Positions 46,572 to 56,643 of a stretch of DNA of 64,000 bases are shown here, piece by piece. The position numbers and the translations under genes were made by a program. The notes under the pieces were generated by a model. It was not told the origin of the DNA and searched no databases. It was given only the letters and a program-made list of their open reading frames with translations. Source of the DNA: Nitrospirota bacterium (GTDB lineage Bacteria > Nitrospirota > UBA9217); contig JAOUEV010000001.1 in NCBI GenBank assembly GCA_029858565.1, positions 128,001-192,000 of the forward strand, read 5' to 3'. Each line of letters starts with the position of its first letter. Position 1 is the stretch's first letter.

Positions 46572-47120
46572 TCAATGGTCCCGCGCGTCGGATTTACTGC
46601 CGTTCGGTTTTGAGATCGGCGACGGTGCCGCTTCCCGGAAGTTCTTGATGTTCAGGGCATCGAGGAACTTCTGCATTTCAGCTGACGCCGGCAGTTTGGC
46701 AGGGACCCTGGCGTCAGGAGCGCAGACCGTCAGGACCGTTCTCACCAGATCCCGTGCGCTGAAGTCCAGCATCTTCCTGATCTCGATGGGGGCGGCTCGT
46801 TCGATCAGCAGGGGCGTCTCGCGGTACCAGCCCGTGCCGACCGGCGGGGTGATGGGACCGCAGGGAAACTGTCCGGCCGATCTTGTCCGCTTGCCGGTCT
46901 TCTGCGCATAAGCGGATATGTCGGCACGGAGCTGTTGGAGGCCTTTGAATGCGGGATTCGAGCAGATGCCCGCCTTGCCCCAGCAGATGGGGTCGAACCG
47001 GGACATGTTGATGCCGCAGCAGAGAACATGGGACCCGGGAGCTATCTCCGGCGTCTCACGGATGATGATGTAGAAATAGTCGTTCTTGTACTCGTAGGTT
47101 GCGATCCCTTTTCCGGTCAT
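46572..47120 (-). CDS. Hypothetical protein
   Basis: Coding-like ORF co-directional with neighbours; RBS CAGGAAGG. Confidence 0.6.
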   Translation of the reverse strand: MTGKGIATYEYKNDYFYIIIRETPEIAPGSHVLCCGINMSRFDPICWGKAGICSNPAFKGLQQLRADISAYAQKTGKRTRSAGQFPCGPITPPVGTGWYRETPLLIERAAPIEIRKMLDFSARDLVRTVLTVCAPDARVPAKLPASAEMQKFLDALNIKNFREAAPSPISKPNGSKSDARDH

Positions 47121-47180
47121 GGCGTGCACCGCCTTCCTGAAGTGAGCGGGGAGCGGATCTGCCGTTCCCCGCCGGGAATG

Positions 47181-47483
47181 CTATTTTGAGCCCTTCTTCT
47201 TGGGTTTTGCCTTTGTCTTGGACTTTGCCGCCGGCTTGGCCTTTGCCTTGGGTTTTGTTTTGCACTCCTCCAGGGCCCTCTTGGTCTTGTCCAGGTCCTG
47301 GTTCTGCATCTCAAGCATCTGGCTCAGCTTTGCGTTGTCCTGCTTCAGGACCTCGATCTCCTTACGCGCGGCATCACGCTCGTTCCGTGCCTTGTTGCCG
47401 ACAAAGAAGCTGATAATGAGCAGGATGGTGACAACTGCCGCCAGGGAGATGAAGATCAACTTTGCTTTCTGTGCATCATCCAT
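47181..47483 (-). CDS. Small membrane-anchored coiled-coil protein with Lys/Ala-rich tail
   Basis: N-terminal TM helix, heptad region, KPKAKAK tail; start 47483 or 47507. Confidence 0.7.
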   Translation of the reverse strand: MDDAQKAKLIFISLAAVVTILLIISFFVGNKARNERDAARKEIEVLKQDNAKLSQMLEMQNQDLDKTKRALEECKTKPKAKAKPAAKSKTKAKPKKKGSK

Positions 47484-47532
47484 GCTGCTGCGTTCCGGTC
47501 TGTCCATGCTGATAAGTTCCTCCTTGGGAAAT

Positions 47533-47610
47533 TAAGTAATAAAGCGATAAGCGCTAAGAAGTAAGCAGCCAATGCCGTTGTCTGCCTACTGCTTACCGCT
47601 TCAGAGCTTT
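47533..47610. repeat. TAAGCRG-type heptamer inverted element
   Basis: AAGCGATAAGCGCTAAGAAGTAAGCAG ... CTGCCTACTGCTTACCGCTT; related to the nuoA-nuoB element. Confidence 0.65.
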
Positions 47611-47612
47611 TT

Positions 47613-48122
47613 CTAATGGTACCTTTTCACCTCGAACCGGGAGAGCGTGATCTCCGTGCCCGGGGGGATGCCCGCCTTCTGCATGGAGATGCTGATCTGC
47701 TGCTGTGCCGTGTCAACGCCTTCCAGGTCCGGGAGCAGCAGACCGCGTCTGCGGCCGGCCGCGACAATGACCCCGTAGCGCTTCGGGTCCAGGTCTTTCA
47801 GGTCCGTGACCGGCTCGGGCGGGGACAGGACGTCCACGGAGTATTCAAGGCCTGCCAGTTCGTGGGGCCTGACGGCGGGGAAACGGGGATCGCAGGTAGC
47901 CGCGCTGATGGCGTTCCGTATGATCTCCTGCGCCACGTTGGGCTCACAGGGCTCGAAGGTGCCGATGCACCCGCGCAGCATGCCCCGGACCTTGAGTGAC
48001 ACGAACACGCCCGCTTTTGCGTTCATTTCGGGCGTCAGGTCCTGGTCACGAAGGGGCAGCACCCGGCCCTCGTTCACGTAGAGCTCAATGGTGTCCTTCG
48101 CCAGCGTGACAAGGGGATGCAT
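47613..48122 (-). CDS. AMMECR1-domain protein (AmmeMemoRadiSam protein A)
   Basis: GVFVSL...LRGCIGT, DPRF, RGLLLP. Confidence 0.92.
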   Translation of the reverse strand: MHPLVTLAKDTIELYVNEGRVLPLRDQDLTPEMNAKAGVFVSLKVRGMLRGCIGTFEPCEPNVAQEIIRNAISAATCDPRFPAVRPHELAGLEYSVDVLSPPEPVTDLKDLDPKRYGVIVAAGRRRGLLLPDLEGVDTAQQQISISMQKAGIPPGTEITLSRFEVKRYH

Positions 48123-49105
48123 TACCTCTCCCGTTGTACCACGTAATCGGCAAGCGCCGACAGCGCCTGCCGGGCAGGTGAATCAGGGAAGACCGCGAGC
48201 GCCGCCTTGGCGTCGTCGGCAAGGGACTGGGCATAACGGATCGCCTCGTCCACGACCCCGTACTTTTCCATGAGCTTGATCGTGTAGGCAAGGTCCTCGT
48301 CGGTCATGGCGTCGGCGCTCAGGATCGTGCGGATCGCGCCTTGCTCGTTGTGGTCGGCCTCGCGCATGAGGTAGATGAGCGGAAGGGTGACCTTGCCTTC
48401 GGCAAGGTCCTTGCCCAGCACCTTGCCGAGCTGCTTCTGGTCGGCGGAATAATCGAGGGTGTCGTCGGTGACCTGGAACGCGAGGCCGAGCTTCCGGCCA
48501 TAGGCGGCCAGGGCGTCCTCCTGGGACAGGGGCGCCTTGCCGATCACGGCGCCCAGTCGGCAGGCGGCGGTGATCAGCACGCCGGTCTTGCATTCCACGA
48601 TGCGGAAGTAATCGGCCTCGGTCATTTCCGGATTCTGGATCTGCATGAGCTGGAGCACTTCGCCTTCGGACATGGCGGTGGTCGTTTCGGACAGGACGTC
48701 CATGACCCGCTGGTTGTGCAGCCGCACGCCGTGATAGAGCGCCTTGGAGTAGAGATAGTCACCCACGAGGATGCTGGCCTGGTTGCCCCAGATGGAGTTG
48801 GCAGCGGACTGGCCGCGGCGCACCTTGGCCTCGTCGATCACATCGTCATGAAGGAGCGAGGCGGTATGGATGAACTCGACCACGCTGCCGAGGACATATT
48901 CAGCGTCATGGCTGCGGTAGCCGCAGATGCGCGCGGACAAAAGATGCAGGAGGGGACGGAAACGCTTGCCGCCCGCTCCGAGGATGTATTTGCTGACCTG
49001 CTGGATGAGCGCGACATCGGTGCCCAGGCTCTCATGGATGTGCGACTCCATGCGCTCCATGTCGGATTTGTATTCCTTGAGGATGTCCTGAATGGTCGTG
49101 ATCAT
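48122..49105 (-). CDS. ispB: Polyprenyl diphosphate synthase
   Basis: [15 protein letters not shown]...RRG, KTG, FQVTDD.LD, GKDL.EGK. Confidence 0.9.
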   Translation of the reverse strand: MITTIQDILKEYKSDMERMESHIHESLGTDVALIQQVSKYILGAGGKRFRPLLHLLSARICGYRSHDAEYVLGSVVEFIHTASLLHDDVIDEAKVRRGQSAANSIWGNQASILVGDYLYSKALYHGVRLHNQRVMDVLSETTTAMSEGEVLQLMQIQNPEMTEADYFRIVECKTGVLITAACRLGAVIGKAPLSQEDALAAYGRKLGLAFQVTDDTLDYSADQKQLGKVLGKDLAEGKVTLPLIYLMREADHNEQGAIRTILSADAMTDEDLAYTIKLMEKYGVVDEAIRYAQSLADDAKAALAVFPDSPARQALSALADYVVQRER

Positions 49106-49163
49106 GGCGATTTTCCAAGAAAACTGGTTGAATAATAGGGGGAAATCTGTGGAAAGTCAAGTG

Positions 49164-50150
49164 CTACAGCTTCATCGCTTCCTGCACCCGGCCGAGCATT
49201 TCCCGTGCAACGATCCGGGCTTTGGCCGAACCCGCATCAATGATCTCCTGGACCTGCTTCGGGTTGGCGATCAGTTCCTTCCGCTTGTCCTGGATCGGCT
49301 TGAGATAGGCGAGCAGGTGTTTGAGCAGTTCTTTCTTATCGTCCACGCACCCGATGCCGGCCTTGGGGCATTCGCGCTTCACGTGGTCGCACCATTCCCT
49401 GGGCGCGAAGATCTGGTTGAGCGAGTAGAGCGGGCAGATGTCGGGATTGCCCGGGTCCGTGCGCCGCTGACGCGCGGGGTCCGTGACCATGGCCATGACC
49501 TTCTTGGTGATCGATTCGGGCGTATCCGAGAGATAGAGGCAGTTGTTGTAGCTCTTGCTCATCTTGCGGCCATCGGTGCCCGGAAGCTTGGGGTACTGGG
49601 TCAGGAGCGGCTGGGGATCGGGGAATACCTCGCCGTAAAAGGAATTGAACCTCCTGCCGATCTCGCGGGTCAGCTCCAGGTGCGGCAGCTGGTCGATGCC
49701 CACGGGCACGTAGTCCGCCTCGTAGATCAGGATGTCCGCGGCCTGCAGCACGGGATAGCCCAGGAACCCGTAGGTGTAAAGGTCCCGGTCGTTGATCTGT
49801 TCCATCTTTTCCTTATATGTCGGCACTCGCTCCAGCCAGGGGAGCGGAGTGATCATGGAGAAGAGCACGTGCAGCACCGCGTGCTCGGGCAGCTGGGACT
49901 GCTGGAACAGGACGGACTTGTTCGGATCGAGCCCGGCGCTGAGCCAGTCGATCACCATTTCATGCACGAAGGTGCGCATCTTCGACGTGTCGCTGTACTG
50001 GGTGGTGAGCGCGTGCCAGTCGGCGATGAAATAGTAGCATTCGTACTCTTCCTGGAGCGTGCGCCAGTTGTCGAGCGCGCCCATGAGGTTGCCGAGATGG
50101 AGCAGCCCGCTGGGCTGCATGCCGCTGAGGACCCGTTTCTTTTTGGACAT
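49164..50150 (-). CDS. trpS: Tryptophan--tRNA ligase
   Basis: SGMQPSG..HLGN, YPVLQAADIL, VGIDQ, KMSKS. Confidence 0.97.
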   Translation of the reverse strand: MSKKKRVLSGMQPSGLLHLGNLMGALDNWRTLQEEYECYYFIADWHALTTQYSDTSKMRTFVHEMVIDWLSAGLDPNKSVLFQQSQLPEHAVLHVLFSMITPLPWLERVPTYKEKMEQINDRDLYTYGFLGYPVLQAADILIYEADYVPVGIDQLPHLELTREIGRRFNSFYGEVFPDPQPLLTQYPKLPGTDGRKMSKSYNNCLYLSDTPESITKKVMAMVTDPARQRRTDPGNPDICPLYSLNQIFAPREWCDHVKRECPKAGIGCVDDKKELLKHLLAYLKPIQDKRKELIANPKQVQEIIDAGSAKARIVAREMLGRVQEAMKL

Positions 50151-50154
50151 GATT

Positions 50155-50832
50155 TTACAATCCTCCGTCGCCCAGCAGCAGCGAAAGCAGCGGCCGGATG
50201 ACCGGCGTCATGATCTTGCCGAGCACGCCCATCATGATGAGCGCCATCAGGATCAGCGTGCCGTAGGGCTCCAGGCGGTAGTACATCATCGCCTGTCGGT
50301 CCGGCAGCGCCCAGTAGACCACGCGGCTCCCGTCGAGCGGAGGGATGGGAATGAGGTTCAGGACCGCGAGGACGACATTGATGACCACTGCGTAGCCGAG
50401 CATGAGCGTGAGCGGCACGGCGATCCAGGACCAGTAGGGCTCGGGAACGTTGCCCTCAAGTCCCGTCATGACCACCCGGAGGAAGAGGGAACTTGCGACG
50501 GCCATCACGATGTTGATGCCGGGACCGGCGAGCGCCGAGAGCGCCATGCCTTTCTTCGGGTCCTTGAAGTACGCGGGATTGATGGGGACTGGCTTGGCAT
50601 AGCCGAAGAGCATTCGTCCGTCGGTCAGCACAAAGAGCATGAGCGGCATCAGGACCGTTCCGAACAGATCGATGTGCGAGATCGGGTTCAGGGTCAGCCG
50701 GCCCATTTCCTTTGCCGTGGGATCTCCGAGCCGGTAGGCGACCCATCCGTGGGCAACCTCGTGCAGCACAATGGCGAAGACCATGGGCGCGGCCATGACG
50801 GCGATCTTTTGTATGGTGGTCAGTTCGGTCAT
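50155..50832 (-). CDS. Site-2 protease (M50) family metalloprotease
   Basis: HEVAH, AGP, NLIPIPPLDG. Confidence 0.94.
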   Translation of the reverse strand: MTELTTIQKIAVMAAPMVFAIVLHEVAHGWVAYRLGDPTAKEMGRLTLNPISHIDLFGTVLMPLMLFVLTDGRMLFGYAKPVPINPAYFKDPKKGMALSALAGPGINIVMAVASSLFLRVVMTGLEGNVPEPYWSWIAVPLTLMLGYAVVINVVLAVLNLIPIPPLDGSRVVYWALPDRQAMMYYRLEPYGTLILMALIMMGVLGKIMTPVIRPLLSLLLGDGGL

Positions 50833-50839
50833 AAGTAAG

Positions 50840-52747
50840 CTATTGCGGCAGGAGCGTGAACTTGCCGTTCTCCACCTTGATCAGGAAGAGTTTCTTGACC
50901 GCCTCGCCCGAGCCGACAAAGGACGTGCTTCCGGACACACCGGGAAAGTCCCTTGTTCCCAGCAGCGCTTCCCGTACCGCCGCAGGCGTCTCTTTTCCCT
51001 GGTCCAGCGCAGCGAACACCATGGCCGCCGCGTCATAGGCCTGGGAGGACAGCAGGTCCGGGTCTTCCTGGTACGCGGACCGGTAAGCTTCCACGACCGC
51101 CTTGACCGCCGGTTCCGGGCTCTCGGGACAGAATCCGTCCACGAATACCGCGCCCTCTGCGTGCTGGCCCGCGCGCTCGATCAGGTCCGGAAGATGCCAA
51201 TTGTTCGATCCGATCAGCGCCTTGCCCGTGATGTTGTAGAACGCCAGCTGGGGGATCAGGAGTCCCACGCGGTCGGCATAGCCGGGCAGATACAGCGCAT
51301 CGAAGGTCGGGACGTACATCTGGAACAGACGCTTGCGCTCCTGGTCATCGTCGGGGATCGGGATCTTCTGCGAGCGCATATCGATCTCGATGATCTTCTT
51401 GATATAGGGCCCGAAATCATTCGCATCGGCCGGATAGGTGATGGTCGCCAGGATCTCGGCCTCTTTCCCGAGCTCCCGCGAGAAATGCCGTGTCAGGTCG
51501 CGTCCATAAGGGTCATCGGGCGCCAGGATCACGAACTTCCTGAATTGCAGGCCCATACCGTACCGTGCGGCGGCGATCGCCTGCGACGCATTGGTGAGAG
51601 CGTTCCGGAAGATCCAGGGGCTGAGCTCGGTCAGCCCCGTGCCTGAAGCCGTCGGCGTGATGACCGGCACCTGGAGTTTGGCCAGAGAGGGCGCCAGCGC
51701 CTCGACCTCGCGGGTCAGGAGCGGACCGACAACTGCAACGACGTTCTTCTGCACAAGCTCGGCCAGGCCGCTGACGGCTTTCTCGGGATTGCCCTCGGTG
51801 TCCTTGATGATGAGTTCGACGCGGCTGTCGGGATGTTCGGTGTTGTAGGACAATGCCGCCAGCTGGATGCCTTTCAGCACGCGGTCGCCGAAGAAGGAGG
51901 CCTGTCCGGTCTGGGGTACCAGGACGCCCAGGGCGTACCGCGGCTCGGTGAGCTTGGCCGTGGCATCAGCGAGCAGCATTTCCGCGCGGGTCTTTTCGGG
52001 ATGCGCCGCGAACCGTTCGAGGAAAGCTTTTGCCGCCGCGACCGCGTCGCGATAATGGCGTTTCTCGATCAACACGGTCGTGCGTCGGAGCAGGGCAAGG
52101 TCAGCGGGATAGGTCTTGTCTTCGGCAAGGGTCGCGATGTCGTCGTCGGACAGTCTCTTTTCGATGAGGTCGCGCACGCGGTCGCGGTATCCCGCCCGCT
52201 GTTTTTCGTTCGGCGCGTTCTGTGCAAGCCAGGCGAACTCCCGGACAGCGGGGAGCAGCCGGTCCTTTGCCAGATAGGAAAGGGACAGCACTTCGGCGAT
52301 GCGCTGCAGCTTCTGCGGGTCGGTGATGCCGGTACGCTCCGAGAGATTGCCGATAGCGAGGTCGTATTCCTTGATCTCGAAATAGCAGAGGCCGATCCGG
52401 TACTTTGCCTCGATGATGAGCGGGGATCCCGGATGGCGCTCGATCAGGTCCATATAGTACTTGAGCGCCAGCGGGTAGTTCCGGAGCGTGAACTGGACGT
52501 CACCCATGAGCGACCGCGCGCGGTCGTCATGGCGGCTCGTGGGATAGGTGACGAAGAAGCCCTCCACGGTCTTGGCCGCCTGCTCATACTGCTTTTTCAC
52601 GTAGAGCGATTCAGCGTGGTTCAGGAGCGCAGCGGCGTCCTTTTCCCAGGGGGCTTCGGGAATCATCGCGGGCGCACAGCCAAGGACCAGGATCGCTGAA
52701 AGGACGATGAGGAGCAGGACAGGCGTGAGGAGGGACCTCAAGTGCAT
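50840..52747 (-). CDS. Lipoprotein, TPR plus periplasmic-binding (LppC/LpoA-like) domains
   Basis: Lipobox VLG-C; BamD-like TPRs; GVLVPQTG...VVGPL...QAYDAA type-I PBP fold. Confidence 0.85.
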   Translation of the reverse strand: MHLRSLLTPVLLLIVLSAILVLGCAPAMIPEAPWEKDAAALLNHAESLYVKKQYEQAAKTVEGFFVTYPTSRHDDRARSLMGDVQFTLRNYPLALKYYMDLIERHPGSPLIIEAKYRIGLCYFEIKEYDLAIGNLSERTGITDPQKLQRIAEVLSLSYLAKDRLLPAVREFAWLAQNAPNEKQRAGYRDRVRDLIEKRLSDDDIATLAEDKTYPADLALLRRTTVLIEKRHYRDAVAAAKAFLERFAAHPEKTRAEMLLADATAKLTEPRYALGVLVPQTGQASFFGDRVLKGIQLAALSYNTEHPDSRVELIIKDTEGNPEKAVSGLAELVQKNVVAVVGPLLTREVEALAPSLAKLQVPVITPTASGTGLTELSPWIFRNALTNASQAIAAARYGMGLQFRKFVILAPDDPYGRDLTRHFSRELGKEAEILATITYPADANDFGPYIKKIIEIDMRSQKIPIPDDDQERKRLFQMYVPTFDALYLPGYADRVGLLIPQLAFYNITGKALIGSNNWHLPDLIERAGQHAEGAVFVDGFCPESPEPAVKAVVEAYRSAYQEDPDLLSSQAYDAAAMVFAALDQGKETPAAVREALLGTRDFPGVSGSTSFVGSGEAVKKLFLIKVENGKFTLLPQ

Positions 52748-52750
52748 GGG

Positions 52751-52861
52751 TTACTTGCCCTTCTTTGCCGCTGCCTCGGCCATTGCGGCCTTGCGACGGG
52801 CGCGAAGGTTCTCTTCTTTCCGCTTCCGTCTTTGACGGATCTCTTTGTCACGAATGCGCAT
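52751..52861 (-). CDS. 36-aa highly basic small protein (not in ORF track)
   Basis: MRIRDKEIRQRRKRKEENLRARRKAAMAEAAAKKGK*; RBS GAAAGGAG; own promoter; stop 3 nt before next ATG. Confidence 0.75.
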   Translation of the reverse strand: MRIRDKEIRQRRKRKEENLRARRKAAMAEAAAKKGK

Positions 52862-52908
52862 TCTGGTGGTCTCCTTTCAGGGGTGGTCGCTGAGGATTCA
52901 GCCTGCAC

Positions 52909-52937
52909 ACTATAGCGAAGAAACCCCTGTTTGTCAA
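52909..52937 (-). promoter_or_regulatory. sigma70 promoter
   Basis: TTGACA-17-TATAGT on the minus strand. Confidence 0.82.
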
Positions 52938-52981
52938 TAACTTGCTGGGCGATTTCCCGGGGGCTATCCCCTGCGCAGGAT

Positions 52982-53009
52982 AAAAAAAGCCGGGGCAAAG
53001 TGCCCCGGC
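52982..53009 (-). terminator. Rho-independent terminator
   Basis: GCCGGGGCA/TGCCCCGGC stem with a T7 run on the minus strand. Confidence 0.82.
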
Positions 53010-53042
53010 CTGTTTGCAATCGGTGTTTCCGCCTGTTCTGAA

Positions 53043-54644
53043 CTAGGGAGTTGCCGGTCTCCAGGCAAAGCGGAAGCTCTGGCCGCCGAACTGGTAGCTG
53101 ATGCCGAAGTAGGCGAGATTGTAGCGGTCTTGGGTGAGCTCGTTGTAGAAGTACGGCCCATTTCCGTCAAGGTCTCTCACGTCGATGGTGGTTGTGCTGA
53201 AATCGATGCCCCACTTCTGGTTCCGCCGTAGCAGAGTGTTCCCCGTGACTCCATCCCAGTCATCGAGCGATATTTCGTATCCACCCAAGAGGCTGTTCAG
53301 GAGTGTCGCATCAGTCACTTCCACATATCCCGTGCCGTTGTGCTGATACCATTTCACATGCAGCGTCTGAACAGCATTGTAGTTAGCCGCGTCAACATCG
53401 AAGCGTATTGCCGGGACGAACACGATCGGATTGCCGTTCGCATCGACCGGGTTGGCCAGGGAGAACTCGAATTTCCCGATTTCCACCGGACCGGAACCAT
53501 TATTACGCGCGAGCACCCAGTCTCCCGCGGGAGTGTCGGTCGTCAACTGGGCGGCAACGTCGCCGGTGATGAACTGTAAGTGCCAGTTGCCCGTGCTTGT
53601 TACGTCCGAACTCACGTAAAGAATGTCCTTGAAGCAGCGGTATTCGTCACTGGAATCTTGGCGCGTCCCCGTGCTCGTGGTGCTGGTTGATCCTGTGGAA
53701 AGTGCATTGCCCGTATCGTACGTTACGGATATGAGCGAGATCGGGCCCGGAGGGGTCAATGTGTACTCGACTGTGGGAGCGCCTGAAGTCGGGCAGATGG
53801 CGAAGAATTCGGAGTTGTCATAATAGTCGTTCAGGTCAAAGTAGAGCTGATAGCCTGTATACATGGTAGCCGTGTCATAGGTGGACAAGCTGGTGATGCT
53901 TGCATAGTCGCCCATGAACACGAAGGACTGTCTTCCGTTAATGCATGTATTCGTTGTAAGGTCGCAGTTGCGGATCACGTCCTTAATCGTGCCCAGGATG
54001 TCGTCGGTCCGGGAGAGCGCTTCGAGGCTGCCCGCGCTCATGGTCACGTTGCTCGCAAGGGTGCTGACCGAGAGAGTTGCCACGCCGCTTGTGGAGTCGA
54101 CGGTGCCGACGTTCATGGTGTCAGGTGTGAAAGCGGATAACGGGATCGACAACAGATTGTCGTAGGTAGCGTCGCCCTGGAGCGAGATCATGCCGACCGG
54201 CGTCGATCCTGCCATCTGTACCAGCATCCAGTCAACATCAAAGACAGCGCTGGCGTCCATGCCGGTTATATCCAGGTCGGGCACTTTCGCGATGATATCG
54301 GCGAGGCTAATCGTCTTTTCAAGGGTGAAGGAGAAGTTGCCCGACGCATCAAGGGTTGAGGTCTTTCTCAGGATGAAATTGACCACATCGATGTTCGCTC
54401 CCTGCATTTTCGCGATCGGTATCGCCCAGACCGTATCAGCGGTCGCGGTCGCCGCCGCAGCGCCTGCCCGCAATGCTGCAGCCGCTCCCGTTGCTGCAAC
54501 TGTACCGGTCAACTGCACGGAGTTCTTCGCAGCCGGTGCCGGTGCGCTACCACCGCCTCCGCTGCTGCATGCGGAGAGTCCTGCCGCGAGAAGGACCAGT
54601 ATCAATACTGATGCCGACCATCTGTCTCCCGTTGCTATCTTCAT
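53043..54644 (-). CDS. Large hypothetical lipoprotein
   Basis: RBS GGAGGAG; lipobox LSA-C then SSGGGGS linker; Thr/Asp-rich. Confidence 0.8.
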   Translation of the reverse strand: MKIATGDRWSASVLILVLLAAGLSACSSGGGGSAPAPAAKNSVQLTGTVAATGAAAALRAGAAAATATADTVWAIPIAKMQGANIDVVNFILRKTSTLDASGNFSFTLEKTISLADIIAKVPDLDITGMDASAVFDVDWMLVQMAGSTPVGMISLQGDATYDNLLSIPLSAFTPDTMNVGTVDSTSGVATLSVSTLASNVTMSAGSLEALSRTDDILGTIKDVIRNCDLTTNTCINGRQSFVFMGDYASITSLSTYDTATMYTGYQLYFDLNDYYDNSEFFAICPTSGAPTVEYTLTPPGPISLISVTYDTGNALSTGSTSTTSTGTRQDSSDEYRCFKDILYVSSDVTSTGNWHLQFITGDVAAQLTTDTPAGDWVLARNNGSGPVEIGKFEFSLANPVDANGNPIVFVPAIRFDVDAANYNAVQTLHVKWYQHNGTGYVEVTDATLLNSLLGGYEISLDDWDGVTGNTLLRRNQKWGIDFSTTTIDVRDLDGNGPYFYNELTQDRYNLAYFGISYQFGGQSFRFAWRPATP

Positions 54645-54851
54645 TTGCATCTCCTCCCTGAGGTGGCAATCCCCCGGTTTCACGTTCCAGCTTCTGTTTC
54701 CGGGGATAGATAGAGCCTAGCCGAAGTGACCGGCCTCTGTCAAGGCAAAACAAACACTGTTTGCCGCAGGATGGTCTTTGCACAAATATTTTTTCGTGCT
54801 CTGCGAATGATGGCGTATAATTATGACCGAATATTTTATTCCGGAGGCGTC

Positions 54852-55576
54852 ATGATGTCCAAATCGGTCGTCAGTCTGTTCGTTCTTGACGGTTCGGGTT
54901 TCGGCACGCTTGGAGCGGCTGCCGGCGGATATTCCGTGGACTTCCGCGATACCCTGACCAATGCGTCCGTTGCCACGGCAACGGTCAATTTATGATGGAC
55001 AATGCGACCGGCGGCCTGGCGAACGGTTCCTGGACAGCTGCGACGGCAACGGTCTACTATTCCGCAGTTGCGGCGGACGGCACGCTCGGCGCGTGGTCCA
55101 CGACGACCGCTCTGCCCCAGGCTCTTTTTGCCCAGGGTGCCGTTGTTGTGCGCGGCAGGATCTACGTGGCAGGCGGGAACGGTTCCGACGGCAACCCGGT
55201 CAAGACAGTGTACTCGGCACAGCTTAAGAGCGATGGGACGCTTGGCGCGTGGTCGACGCTTGCCAGTCTGCCGGCGGTCCGCGCTTATCATTCATTTGTT
55301 TCGGTTGCCGGGTATCTCTATGTGCTCGGTGGCACGGATTCTGCTGCGGATCCGACCAGCAACGTTGAAAGCTCCTCGCTAAAAACGGTTTACAATGCTC
55401 AGATAAATATCGCCGGCGGCAACGTTACCATTGCGAGTGAAGGTTCCTATAATCCGTACAACCACTCCAATGCTTTCTTCGCCGATTCCGCCGGCAAACC
55501 ACATGTCATCATTTTGGGTGGTAGTGATGTTGGATCAGGTGCTCCGAAGAATGGGGTTTTTGTCTGCACCCAATGA
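54852..55576 (+). pseudogene. Fragmented IPT/TIG plus kelch-like exported protein
   Basis: Short ORF (GSGFG motif) ends in an ATGA overlap with an ORF carrying partial kelch repeats (IYVAGG, LYVLGG, GTLGAWS); appears internally deleted. Confidence 0.5.
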
Positions 55577-55610
55577 TCAATAAGCAGTAGTGGCAATGAA
55601 GAATATATTC

Positions 55611-55638
55611 AGGGGACGGCTGCAAGGTCGTCCCTTTT
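55611..55638 (+). terminator. Rho-independent terminator
   Basis: AGGGGACGGC-TGCAAG-GTCGTCCCTTTT. Confidence 0.7.
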
Positions 55639-55746
55639 GTTTCTCCATCGGTGCTGAGCAGCGTCAACGCCGGCCGCAGTTCACTGTTTTTTCTCTTGAT
55701 TTATTGCATCTGATAGATTAGATTATATCCGCTTATCGACCGGGAC

Positions 55747-55822
<76 letters not shown>

Positions 55823-55848
55823 ACTTTACGACCCATCATCGGACAAAG

Positions 55849-55882
55849 AAAAGCCTTGCAGGCATATCCTGCAAGGCTTTTT
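55849..55882. terminator. Bidirectional terminator (tRNA-Ala / purN)
   Basis: AAAAGCCTTGCAGG-CATAT-CCTGCAAGGCTTTT. Confidence 0.85.
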
Positions 55883-55908
55883 GTTTTCGTTCTCCCGTTT
55901 TCCTTACC

Positions 55909-56559
55909 CTAGGGATTGAACAGGTGATCGTCCGATTCGGTCCTGCCTCCCGCCACTTTCACTATCCTGCCTTCGACGGTCAGTTTCCCTTCCGCGAACA
56001 ACTGTATGGCCCGGGAGAATATCCGGTGCTCCTGTTTCAGGATCCGGGCAGCAAGCGTATCCTCCGTGTCGTTGTCCAGGACCGGGACAATAGCCTGAAT
56101 GATGATCGGCCCGGTGTCCATGCCCTCGTCAACGAAATGGACCGTGCAGCCCGAGAATTTTACGCCATGGTCGATCGCGGCCTTCTGGACATGGAGACCC
56201 GGGAAGGAGGGCAAGAGAGCCGGGTGGATGTTCATGATGCGGTTCGGGAAGGCCTTGACGAGCGTTCCCGTGATGATGCGCATGAAACCGGCGAGGATCA
56301 CGAGATCAACACCATGCTTCCGGAGCTCCTGCACCAGCAACCCGTCGTATTCCTCGCGTTTGCCTTTATAATCCCTGGCGCTGATGTGCACTGCCGGGAT
56401 GTTGTGCGTCCTGGCGCGCTCCAGGGCGTATGCGTCCGCCTGATCGCTGATCACCACTGCGACCTCGGCTGTAAGAGAGCCGTTCCCGATATTGTCGATG
56501 ACCGCCTGGAGGTTCGAGCCCCGGCCGGAGACGAGGACGCCGATCTTGATCTTTTTCAT
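55909..56559 (-). CDS. purN: Phosphoribosylglycinamide formyltransferase
   Basis: SGRGSNLQA, LAGFMRI, NIHPALLPSFPG, GCTVHFV...DTGPII. Confidence 0.97.
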   Translation of the reverse strand: MKKIKIGVLVSGRGSNLQAVIDNIGNGSLTAEVAVVISDQADAYALERARTHNIPAVHISARDYKGKREEYDGLLVQELRKHGVDLVILAGFMRIITGTLVKAFPNRIMNIHPALLPSFPGLHVQKAAIDHGVKFSGCTVHFVDEGMDTGPIIIQAIVPVLDNDTEDTLAARILKQEHRIFSRAIQLFAEGKLTVEGRIVKVAGGRTESDDHLFNP

Positions 56560-56643
56560 GGTATGAAAAGGAGCCGGTACCCTGTAGCCTGTAGCCGGGA
56601 TGTCTTTACCGGCTACAGGCGCCTGGCTACTGGCAACGAGGTC

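Noticed and set aside
54990-54998. Selenocysteine read-through joining the two kelch-region ORFs
   Set aside because: The downstream ORF is in a different frame (ATGA overlap), so read-through would not fuse them.
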